Shown in pieces: positions 12,044 through 20,291 of a stretch of 58,443 nucleotides of DNA. Under the pieces are notes generated by a model. The model saw nothing but the letters and a program-made list of their open reading frames with translations, searched no databases and was not told where the DNA came from. The translations under genes were made by a program, and so were the position numbers. Origin of the DNA: Pseudomonadota bacterium (lineage in GTDB: Bacteria > Pseudomonadota > Gammaproteobacteria > Burkholderiales > Burkholderiaceae_C). Location of the stretch: NCBI GenBank assembly GCA_041159205.1, contig JBEAZY010000178.1, positions 1 through 58,443 of the forward strand, given 5' to 3'. Position 1 is the first letter of the stretch. Every line of letters begins with the position of its first letter.

Positions 12044-13275
12044 TGCTCCTCGGGGCGGCGCAAGGTGTATTGAACGACATCGGTGCTGCCTTGCTCGAAG
12101 GCGGCTTCGCAGTAAGCCAGGTAGAACTCCCAGGTGCGGATGAACCGTTCATCGAAGCCCTGGGCCAGCACCTGGTCGCGTTGGGCCAGAAAATCGTGAC
12201 GCCAAAGGCGCAGGGTGCGGGCGTAATCGCGGCCAAAAGAAAAGCTGTCTTCGACCACCAGTCCGGCCGCTTGGGCGACTTCGCGCAAGCGCGCCGGACA
12301 GGGCAGGCAGCCACCCGGGAAAATATATTGCTGGATGAAGTCGGTGCCCCGGATGTAGCGATCAAACAAAGCGTCATCAATGACGATGGTCTGGATGCAG
12401 GCGCGTGCGCCAGGCTTGAGCAATCGGTGCGCCGTCTGGAAGTAGGTGGGCCAATAGGCCTGGCCCACGGCTTCCAGCATTTCGATGGAGACGATGGCGT
12501 CAAAGGGCTCGTCTTGAATGTCGCGGTAGTCTTGCAGGCGCAAATCGGCACTGAGTCCGGCTTGCGTCAAGCGAAGCCGCGCCCAGTCCAATTGCTCGTG
12601 GCTGAGGGTGACCCCGGTCAAGCGGGCGCCGTATTCTCGCGCCGCTTTTTCGGCCACCGCACCCCAACCGCAACCAATCTCCAACACCCGTTGCGCCGCC
12701 CCCGGGCGCACGCCCGCCTGGGCCAGGGCACGGGCCATTTTGGCCTGTTGTGCCTGCGCCATGGGCATGGCGTGGTCGCCCTGGAACCAGGCCGACGAGT
12801 AGTTCATGCTGGGGTCCAGCCAGAGCCGGTAGAAGTCATTGCCCAGGTCGTAGTGGGCATGGATGTTGCGCGCACTGTTGTGCCGTGTGTTGCGCCGCGA
12901 CCAGTGGCGCAACTGATAAAACAGCCGTCCCCACCAGCGGCCATAAATCACGTCTTCGAGCGCACGCCGGTTGACCAGCGCCCATTGCAGCAAAAGGCTG
13001 AGGTCGGGCGTGCTCCAGAGGCGGTCGATGTAGGCCTCGGCAAATCCGATGTCGCCCGATTTCATGGCCAGGTCAAACACCGCCTTGTCATGCACATGGA
13101 TCATGGCATGCGGGGCCTGGCCCGCGCCGTAGACCCGGGTCTGCCCATCGGGGTCTTGCAAGGTCAGGGTGCCCAGTTGGGCGCGCGCCAGCAAGGCATG
13201 GATGCGTTGCATCGAGGCGGCGGGCTTGGCCGCGCCGACGGCGGGGGAAGTCACAGAGGAGGTGTTGGTTTTCAT
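12040..13275 (-). CDS. cfa: Cyclopropane-fatty-acyl-phospholipid synthase family SAM methyltransferase (UfaM-like)
   Basis: NIHAHYDLGNDFY, YSSA, VLEIGCGWG, SIEMLEAVG, FIQQYIFPGG, WEFYLAYCEAAF. Confidence 0.92.
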   Translation of the reverse strand: MKTNTSSVTSPAVGAAKPAASMQRIHALLARAQLGTLTLQDPDGQTRVYGAGQAPHAMIHVHDKAVFDLAMKSGDIGFAEAYIDRLWSTPDLSLLLQWALVNRRALEDVIYGRWWGRLFYQLRHWSRRNTRHNSARNIHAHYDLGNDFYRLWLDPSMNYSSAWFQGDHAMPMAQAQQAKMARALAQAGVRPGAAQRVLEIGCGWGAVAEKAAREYGARLTGVTLSHEQLDWARLRLTQAGLSADLRLQDYRDIQDEPFDAIVSIEMLEAVGQAYWPTYFQTAHRLLKPGARACIQTIVIDDALFDRYIRGTDFIQQYIFPGGCLPCPARLREVAQAAGLVVEDSFSFGRDYARTLRLWRHDFLAQRDQVLAQGFDERFIRTWEFYLAYCEAAFEQGSTDVVQYTLRRPEEQ

Positions 13276-13279
13276 GCCG

Positions 13280-14050
13280 TTAGCGTGACACGAAATCAGC
13301 CGGTGGCGTCGGCTTGTGGAAAAAAAGCACGCGTTTGCGCCACAACTGGAAGGCGTGCCAATGGATGCGGACGATGACCCCCAGGGTGAGCCAGGGGTGG
13401 CGCCAGACGGCGCGTCGAAGTTGTGCCGGTTCGGCCACTTGCAGGCGCCCGCTGATGCTGGTTTGCAACAGCGGCCCTTGCTCGTCGTGCAAGTCGACCC
13501 GCACCACGGTGCGACCGGGTTGCCCGGGGGCTTGCCAGGTGCGCATGAATCGGAATTGGTATTCGCCTTTCACTTCGCAAAATGGCGAGACGTGAAATAC
13601 TTTGCGGGCGAAAGACGCATGGCCCTCGCGCGGTTGATCGAGCAAATAGCAGTGCCGCTCGCCAAAGGTGTTGTTGACTTCGGCCACCACGGCGCGCAAG
13701 CTGCCATCGCGGCGATGCGCGTACCAGAAACTGACGGGCTTGAAGGCATAACCCAGCACCCGGGGGTAGCAATGCAGCCAGACTTCACCGTCGACGTCGG
13801 TGACGCCTTGTTCGGCCAGCATCTCCAGCAGCCAGGCCAGAGCGCCGCCCTGCCCGGGCCCGCGCCCATCGCCATGATCGCTGTCATGGAAAGACACCCA
13901 GGCAGGGCGATTGACGGCCACACCCATGTCGCCGCCGGCGGCCAGCTCGCGCATGGGCAGCATTAAAAACCAGGTGGGATGGACAAAGGCATGTCGCACC
14001 GGTCGCAAGCGCGTGTGCCTGACTTCGCCCAAGCCCAACCAGGCACTCAT
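13280..14050 (-). CDS. DUF1365 protein (UfaO-like)
   Basis: VRHTRLRP..HAF, PRVLGYAFKPVSFWY, AEVNNTFGERHCY, KVFHVSPF, RIHWHA; ATGA overlap with the upstream gene. Confidence 0.88.
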   Translation of the reverse strand: MSAWLGLGEVRHTRLRPVRHAFVHPTWFLMLPMRELAAGGDMGVAVNRPAWVSFHDSDHGDGRGPGQGGALAWLLEMLAEQGVTDVDGEVWLHCYPRVLGYAFKPVSFWYAHRRDGSLRAVVAEVNNTFGERHCYLLDQPREGHASFARKVFHVSPFCEVKGEYQFRFMRTWQAPGQPGRTVVRVDLHDEQGPLLQTSISGRLQVAEPAQLRRAVWRHPWLTLGVIVRIHWHAFQLWRKRVLFFHKPTPPADFVSR

Positions 14051-15384
14051 GCGGCAGCCCCGGTGCGTGTGGTCTGGTGTTTGGCCAGCCAGGCCCGGAC
14101 CACGGATTGCCCGGCCTTCAGGCCGTCTTCGTGAAAGCCATAGCCCATCCAGGCGCCCGCGTACCAGGTGCGTTGGTGACCTTGCAATTCGCCGACCCGG
14201 GCCTGCGCCGCCATGGCGGCCAGGTCGAACACGGGGTGCGAGTAATGAAACTCTTGCAGCACGCACTCGGGGCGGATCGGACGCAAGGGGTTGAGCGACA
14301 CAAAAACAGGCGACTGAAACGGCAGCGGTTGCAGGCGGTTGAGCCAGTAGTGCAGGCAGACATGGTTTGAGGAATCTTGCGTGCCTATCGGGGCGCGTTC
14401 GTAATTCCAGGCCGCCCAGGCTTTGGGGCGCTGCGGCATGACCGAGACGTCGGTGTGCAATACGGCGTGGTTGGGGTGGTAGCCGATGGCCCCCAGGATC
14501 TCGCGCTCGGCCACGCCGGGATCGGCCAACAAGGCCAGGGCCTGGTCGGAGTGAGTGGCCAGCACCACTTCATCAAAGCGCTCACTGCCGCCGGGGGTGT
14601 GGATCCAGACCCCCTGCGGGTCGCGCACGATGCGTGTGACCGGGCTGCGCAAGCGCGCATCGCTCAAGGTGGCGATGATTTTTTCCACATAGTGCCGCGC
14701 GCCGCCGCGCACCGTCAACCACTGGGGCCGGTCATTGACCTGTATCAGGCCGTGGTTGTGACAGAAGCGGACCATGGTGGCGACCGGAAAGCGCAACATC
14801 TGGTCGGTCGGGCAGCTCCATATGCAAGCCAGCATGGGCAATAAATACCAATCGCGGAACACCTCGCCAAAACGATGCTTTTGCAAAAAATCTTCCAGCG
14901 GCATCATCAAAGCCGAGTCCTGCCCGGCCATGGCCAGCTCGGTGGCCAGGCGGTTGAAACGCAATATATCGGCCAGCATGCGCCAGAAGCGGGGGCGCAG
15001 CAGGTTGGCACGCTGCGCGAATACCGAATCGAGGTCCGCCCCGTTCCACTCGAGCGCGTGGGGGCCAAAGGCGCGCGGCACCTGCACCGAGAAGGACATG
15101 TCGGAGCGTGCGATGTCGACTTTCAAGTCTTCGAACAAGGCGATCAGGCCGGGGTAGGTTTTCTGGTTGAAAACGAGAAACCCCGTGTCGACCCCGTGGC
15201 GCACCGGCTGTCCGTCGGCGCCAGGCAATGTGACATCGACGGTGTGGGTGTGGCCCCCGAAGTAATCGCCGGCCTCGAACAAGGTAACCCGCGCATGGTC
15301 TTTCAGGCCGTGGGCCGCGACCAGCCCGGAGATGCCCGACCCCACCACTGCGACCCGGGGCCAATTCAAGTCGGGGGTCTTCAT
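14047..15384 (-). CDS. FAD-dependent oxidoreductase (UfaD-like)
   Basis: VVGSGISGL, GGHTHTV, VDTGFLVFN, SDMSFSV, WAAWNY, GAWMGYGFHEDG. Confidence 0.88.
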   Translation of the reverse strand: MKTPDLNWPRVAVVGSGISGLVAAHGLKDHARVTLFEAGDYFGGHTHTVDVTLPGADGQPVRHGVDTGFLVFNQKTYPGLIALFEDLKVDIARSDMSFSVQVPRAFGPHALEWNGADLDSVFAQRANLLRPRFWRMLADILRFNRLATELAMAGQDSALMMPLEDFLQKHRFGEVFRDWYLLPMLACIWSCPTDQMLRFPVATMVRFCHNHGLIQVNDRPQWLTVRGGARHYVEKIIATLSDARLRSPVTRIVRDPQGVWIHTPGGSERFDEVVLATHSDQALALLADPGVAEREILGAIGYHPNHAVLHTDVSVMPQRPKAWAAWNYERAPIGTQDSSNHVCLHYWLNRLQPLPFQSPVFVSLNPLRPIRPECVLQEFHYSHPVFDLAAMAAQARVGELQGHQRTWYAGAWMGYGFHEDGLKAGQSVVRAWLAKHQTTRTGAAA

Positions 15385-15989
15385 GGCTGTTGCAACATCC
15401 GTTCCACTTCGGCCAGGAATGACCGGTCACCGGGGCCCGTCATGCTGCTGAAGGCCTTGACGTCACGACCGTCGCGCGAAATCACATATTTGTAAAAATT
15501 CCATTTGGGTGTGGTGTCGGTGCGCTGCGCCAGTTGTTGAAAAATCGGGGCCGCCTGCGGGCCACGCACCGAGGTTTTGGCCATCATGGGGAATTTGACG
15601 CCAAAGGTGTTCTCACAGAAATCGGCGATCTTCTGGTTGCTGTCAGGCTCTTGGCTGAAATCGTTGGAAGGGAAGCCGATCACCACCAGACCCTTGGATT
15701 TGTATCTGGAATACAACGACTCTAGGCCCTTGTACTGTGGTGTAAACCCGCAGTAACTGGCTGTGTTGACCACCACCACCACCTGCCCGGCGTATTGACA
15801 CAAATCTTGCGGTTTTTCGTCTTGCAGGCGCAGATGCACATGCTGCAACACCGAGGGACAAGCCGCCGTGGCCGCATGGGCAGACGGGGCCGCCGCACCC
15901 CATAGCCCCAGAAATGTCAGGAGCAGTGGCGCAAAGGGTGCCCAAACGACCCCATAAAGCCAGCGGATATGGATTGATTTCGCTTTCAT
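15381..15989 (-). CDS. Glutathione peroxidase family protein with N-terminal signal peptide
   Basis: VNTASYCGFTPQY, GFPSNDF, PKWNFYKY; hydrophobic leader ending AHA. Confidence 0.9.
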   Translation of the reverse strand: MKAKSIHIRWLYGVVWAPFAPLLLTFLGLWGAAAPSAHAATAACPSVLQHVHLRLQDEKPQDLCQYAGQVVVVVNTASYCGFTPQYKGLESLYSRYKSKGLVVIGFPSNDFSQEPDSNQKIADFCENTFGVKFPMMAKTSVRGPQAAPIFQQLAQRTDTTPKWNFYKYVISRDGRDVKAFSSMTGPGDRSFLAEVERMLQQP

Positions 15990-16018
15990 ATTGACGCATG
16001 ATGACCGAATATGGGTGG

Positions 16019-16033
16019 TTTGTCTAGGACAAA
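16019..16033. promoter_or_regulatory. Candidate LitR/CarH operator in the divergent promoter
   Basis: Inverted repeat TTTGTC-tag-GACAAA. It overlaps a minus-strand TAGACA (-35-like) lying 17 nt from CATCAT (-10-like). Confidence 0.45.
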
Positions 16034-16070
16034 AAAGAAAAGCCCCGCTGACATCCCCTTTTTTACAAAA

Positions 16071-17012
16071 ATGAACTTGCGAACACCTTCTGAACCCATG
16101 TCGGTATCGATTGCCGCCGTGGAGAGGGACACCGGCATCGGCAAAGACACCCTGCGCATCTGGGAGCGCCGTTATGGCTTTCCGACGCCGGGGCGGGATG
16201 CCTTTGGCGAGCGCAGCTACCCCCTGGAGCAAGTGGAGAAGCTGCGGGTGATCAAACGGCTGCTCGACCAGGGGCACCGTCCGGGCCGGATTGTGGCGCT
16301 GCCCATGGAGACGCTGATGCGGCTCAGTCAGGGCCAGACGGGGGCGCCGCAAAAGCTCAGCATGCAGTCGGGTCAATCGACCGAGTTGCGCGATTTCCTC
16401 GATTGCGTGCGCCAACACGATGCCGAACAGCTGCGCCGTCGCCTCAATCAGGCGGTGGTCAGTTTGGGGCATTACCGATTCATCACCGATTTGGTGGGGC
16501 CTCTGAATGGCATGATCGGCGACGCCTGGATGCACGGTGAGCTGGAGATTTTTGAGGAACACCTCTACACCGAGTGCGTGACCTCGGTTTTGCGTCAAGC
16601 CATAGGCAATGTGCCTTTGGCGCAGCAACAAAGTCGGCCCTGCATTTTGCTGACGACCTTCCCTCAAGAGTCACACGGCCTGGGGCTGCTGATGGTGGAG
16701 TGTCTGTTGGCCCTGGAGGGTTGCCGCTGTCTTTCGCTGGGCACGCAAACCCCCTTGCCCGATATCGCCAAGGCGGCGCAAGCGCATCAGGTGGACATCG
16801 TGGCTTTGAGCTTCAGCCAGAACATGAACCCGAATCAGGTCTACGACGGCCTGCAAGAGTTGCGCCGGATCTTGCCTGCCAGCACGCAAGTCTGGGTGGG
16901 CGGGCGCAATCCGGTGTTGCAGCGCCGCCCCGTGCCGGGGGTGCTGGTGATGGGTTCGCTCGAGCTGATTCCGGGCCAGGTGCGAGACTGGCGACAGCAC
17001 CAGCTGGGTTAA
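16071..17012 (+). CDS. litR: MerR-family B12-binding photoreceptor/repressor (CarH/LitR type)
   Basis: RIWERRY MerR HTH; W-x9-EH (W-MHGELEIFE-EH); ExHxxG (ESHGLG); VALS and VGG of the Rossmann B12 domain. Alternative start 16098. Confidence 0.88.
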   Translation: MNLRTPSEPMSVSIAAVERDTGIGKDTLRIWERRYGFPTPGRDAFGERSYPLEQVEKLRVIKRLLDQGHRPGRIVALPMETLMRLSQGQTGAPQKLSMQSGQSTELRDFLDCVRQHDAEQLRRRLNQAVVSLGHYRFITDLVGPLNGMIGDAWMHGELEIFEEHLYTECVTSVLRQAIGNVPLAQQQSRPCILLTTFPQESHGLGLLMVECLLALEGCRCLSLGTQTPLPDIAKAAQAHQVDIVALSFSQNMNPNQVYDGLQELRRILPASTQVWVGGRNPVLQRRPVPGVLVMGSLELIPGQVRDWRQHQLG

Positions 17013-17021
17013 TATGCCGGG

Positions 17022-17531
17022 GTGCAAGACCCTTCCTTCATCGACAAAATCGTGACCCTCGAACAGGCGCAAGAACGGGTGGCCCTTTGGCGCTCGCGCG
17101 GGGACACTCTGATCTTTACCAATGGTGTGTTTGACGTGTTGCACCGCGGGCATGTGAGTTATCTGGCGCAAGCGCGGGCCTTGGGTGAGCGCCTGGTGGT
17201 GGGGTTGAACACCGATGCCTCGGCCAAGCGCCTGAACAAAGGCCCGGACCGACCGCTGAACCATGAAGCCGACCGGGCCATGGTCCTGGCCGCCCTGGAA
17301 TCTGTGAGCCTGGTGACCTGGTTTGACGAAGACACGCCGCAGGCACTGATTGCCGCTTTGCGCCCGGACGTGATCGTCAAGGGGGGCGACTACGACATGA
17401 ATCGCCTGCCCGAGACGGCACTGGTGCGAAGCTGGGGCGGACAGGCCGTGGCCCTGCCCTTTGTGGACGGGTACTCGACCACCCGCCTGGTGCAAAAAAT
17501 CAGGGCCACACCGCCCGCCACAGGGTCATGA
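17022..17531 (+). CDS. rfaE2: D-glycero-beta-D-manno-heptose 1-phosphate adenylyltransferase
   Basis: FTNGVFDVLHRGHV, GLNTDAS, KGPDRP, VKGGDY, STT. Confidence 0.9.
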   Translation: MQDPSFIDKIVTLEQAQERVALWRSRGDTLIFTNGVFDVLHRGHVSYLAQARALGERLVVGLNTDASAKRLNKGPDRPLNHEADRAMVLAALESVSLVTWFDEDTPQALIAALRPDVIVKGGDYDMNRLPETALVRSWGGQAVALPFVDGYSTTRLVQKIRATPPATGS

Positions 17532-20262
17532 TGGCTTGCGCCTGAGGCGCCCACTGCGCGGCCGGGAACTGAGTCGGCTTTTCATCGAGGCGCGCCTGGT
17601 GTTGGGCACGACGCAAATCGCGGTAAGCATTGGCGGCAGCGACACCCACGCCTGAGGGCAACAGCCCGGCTTCTACACAGCGGTGCAGCAAGGCGATGTT
17701 GCCGACGTTATCGAGCAGCGCAGGATAGGCCCCCGAGTGAGCCAGCACCAGGTGCTGCACCACGAACTCTGCGTCCACCATGCCGCCTGGGCTGTGTTTG
17801 ACGTCGAAGCACCCCTCAGGAACCGGTCGGGCCTGGCGCATGCGCTCGCGCATGGCGATGATCTCGGCCCGCAAGGGCGCCTCGCCGCGCCGGGCCGAGA
17901 TGACTTCACGGCGCACGGCCTCAAGTTGTTGCGCCAGATCAGCGGGGGCGACGCAGCAGCGGGCGCGGGTCATGGCCTGGTGCTCCCAAGTCCATGCGGT
18001 GTTGCTGCCACGTTGGGTTTGGTATTGGGCAAAGGCCTCGAATGAGCTGACCAAAAGGCCGGAGCTGCCGTTGGGCCGCAGGGCGGTGTCGATTTCATAC
18101 AAATCGCCCTCGCCCGTTTTGACGGTGAGCCAGTTGATCAGTTTGCGCACCAGGGCCGCGTAAATTTCACCCGCCTGTTCATGGGGGTCGTCGTACACGA
18201 ACACGATGTCCAGGTCGCTGCCGTAACCCAGTTCTTTGCCGCCCAGTTTGCCGTAACCGATGACGGCCACACGCGGCTCTTCACGATGCTTTTGGCGCAG
18301 CCGGGCCCAGACCCAGCGCAGGGAAACGCGCAACACCGCGTCGGCCAGGGCCGACAAGTCATCGGCCACCTGCTCGACCGTCAGGCGGCCCTCGACGTCG
18401 CGGGCCAGGGTGCGGAACAGTTCGGCGTGTTGGGCCCGGCGCAGCAGGTTGAGCAAGCCTTCTTCGTCATCCTGCCCGACTTCGGCCAGCGATCGGTTCC
18501 GGTACTCCAGTTCTTGCTCGAAGACCTGGGCATCGAATCGCTCGGCCAGCAGGCCGGGGCTGGCCAACTCATCGATCACGCCGGGGTGCGCCAACAGATA
18601 GCGGGCGGGCCAACGGGCCGCGCCCAAAAGTCGCAGCAGTTGTTCATGCACCTTGGGGCGTTCAACCAGCAAGGCCAGATAGCTTTCACGGCGCAACAGG
18701 GGCTCGACCCAATCCATCCAGCGCAGCGCCGCTTCTTGTTCGACCCGGCCCACATCGAGCCAGGACTGGGTGCGTTGCACCAGGACGGACAAGCGCTGGC
18801 GCCCTTCCTCGCGCAAGGCGCTGACTTTGGGGTTGTCCACCCAGGCCCGCACCCGATGGGCAAAGGCGGGGGACAGGTGGTCGAGCAAAAGCTCAAGATC
18901 GCCGCCTGGATGGGTGCGGCAACCTTTACACTCGGTGCCCTCAGGCACGGGGGTCTGCGCGCCCAGCAACTGGTCGAACTCCAAGGCCACCCGTTCGCGG
19001 TGGGTATTGAGGTCGGCCAAAAAATCGCTCGAGTCGCCATAACCCAGGCTGAGGGCCATCCAGGTCAGGTCGGGGTCTTCGTTGGGCAGCACATGGGTTT
19101 GCTGGTCGTCAAGGTACTGGATGCGGTGTTCAACCCGGCGCAAAAACACATAGGCCTGCGTCAAGGCCAGGGCGGTTTCGGCCGACATGAGTTGGGCCCG
19201 CACCAGGCGCTCTAGTGCCTGCACGGTGGCGCGGGTCGATAGCTCGGGAAACTGCCCCCCGCGCACCACCTGCAGCAACTGGACGATGAATTCAATTTCC
19301 CGGATGCCGCCACGCGACAGCTTAACGTCGTTGGCACGTTCGGGGCGACCCGCGCTGCGGCGCGCCGCATGGTCGCGAATTTGCCGGTGCAGGTGGCGCA
19401 ACGATTCGAACACGCTGTAATCGAGGTAGCGGCGAAACACAAAGGGCAAGACCACGTCGCGCAAGGCCTGACCCCGGGCCACCGCATCGGTCGGGGCCAC
19501 CACCCGGCTTTTCAGCCAGGCAAAGCGCTCCCACTCACGGCCTTGGACCTGGAAATACTCTTCCAGCGCCCCCAATGACACCACCGGAGGGCCCGATTGT
19601 CCGTTCGGGCGCAGCGCCAGATCGACGCGAAACACAAAGCCATGGTCGGTGGTTTCCCCGATCATGGCGTACAGCATTTTGACCAGGCGCGAGAAGTAGT
19701 CCTGGTGGCTGATGCGTCCGCCCCCGTCGGGGCGACCCGTGGTTTCACCTGCCACGTCATAGACATAAATCAGATCGATGTCGCTGGAGACATTGAGCTC
19801 ACGCCCGCCCAGCTTGCCCATGCCGATGATCCAAAACACCGCGCGCTGACCGTCCGGGCGCAGGGGCGGGCCGTACATCGCGTCCAATTGGGCCATGGCG
19901 TCCTGGCAGGCCAAATCGAGCACCAATTCGGCCAAATGGGTCATGGCGTGCGTGACCACTTCGACCGGGGCTTGTTGCTCGACATCGAGCACGGCCAGTC
20001 GCTCCAGCACCAACTGGCGCAAGACCCGCATGCGGTCAGGCAAAGCCGGAAAATCGGCTTGCAGGGCCTGCAAAGCCCGGGTCATGGTGGCGCGCTCGGG
20101 CGGCCCCGGGGGCAAAGCCCCCAAATGTTCGGCATAACGGCGCCGGATGCGCTGGACAAACCTGGAGTGGGTGGCCAGCGCCTGCAAAATATCACCGGTC
20201 AGGGCAGGAACCGGCTCGGGACCCGTCTGGGCTGGCTCCAAGATGGGGATAATCGGGCACAA
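17500..20262 (-). CDS. glnE: Bifunctional glutamine synthetase adenylyltransferase/deadenylase
   Basis: Two nucleotidyltransferase domains: GMGKLGGRELNVSSDIDL and GYGKLGGKELGYGSDLD. Start uncertain. Confidence 0.96.
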   Translation of the reverse strand: MCPIIPILEPAQTGPEPVPALTGDILQALATHSRFVQRIRRRYAEHLGALPPGPPERATMTRALQALQADFPALPDRMRVLRQLVLERLAVLDVEQQAPVEVVTHAMTHLAELVLDLACQDAMAQLDAMYGPPLRPDGQRAVFWIIGMGKLGGRELNVSSDIDLIYVYDVAGETTGRPDGGGRISHQDYFSRLVKMLYAMIGETTDHGFVFRVDLALRPNGQSGPPVVSLGALEEYFQVQGREWERFAWLKSRVVAPTDAVARGQALRDVVLPFVFRRYLDYSVFESLRHLHRQIRDHAARRSAGRPERANDVKLSRGGIREIEFIVQLLQVVRGGQFPELSTRATVQALERLVRAQLMSAETALALTQAYVFLRRVEHRIQYLDDQQTHVLPNEDPDLTWMALSLGYGDSSDFLADLNTHRERVALEFDQLLGAQTPVPEGTECKGCRTHPGGDLELLLDHLSPAFAHRVRAWVDNPKVSALREEGRQRLSVLVQRTQSWLDVGRVEQEAALRWMDWVEPLLRRESYLALLVERPKVHEQLLRLLGAARWPARYLLAHPGVIDELASPGLLAERFDAQVFEQELEYRNRSLAEVGQDDEEGLLNLLRRAQHAELFRTLARDVEGRLTVEQVADDLSALADAVLRVSLRWVWARLRQKHREEPRVAVIGYGKLGGKELGYGSDLDIVFVYDDPHEQAGEIYAALVRKLINWLTVKTGEGDLYEIDTALRPNGSSGLLVSSFEAFAQYQTQRGSNTAWTWEHQAMTRARCCVAPADLAQQLEAVRREVISARRGEAPLRAEIIAMRERMRQARPVPEGCFDVKHSPGGMVDAEFVVQHLVLAHSGAYPALLDNVGNIALLHRCVEAGLLPSGVGVAAANAYRDLRRAQHQARLDEKPTQFPAAQWAPQAQAIMTLWRAVWP

Positions 20263-20291
20263 CGCAAAAACCTCCTCGTCACCACATTCGT

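Noticed and set aside
15381-16667. 428-aa extended glutathione peroxidase ORF
   Set aside because: The extension is antisense to the litR/carH gene; the signal-peptide start at 15989 is more plausible.
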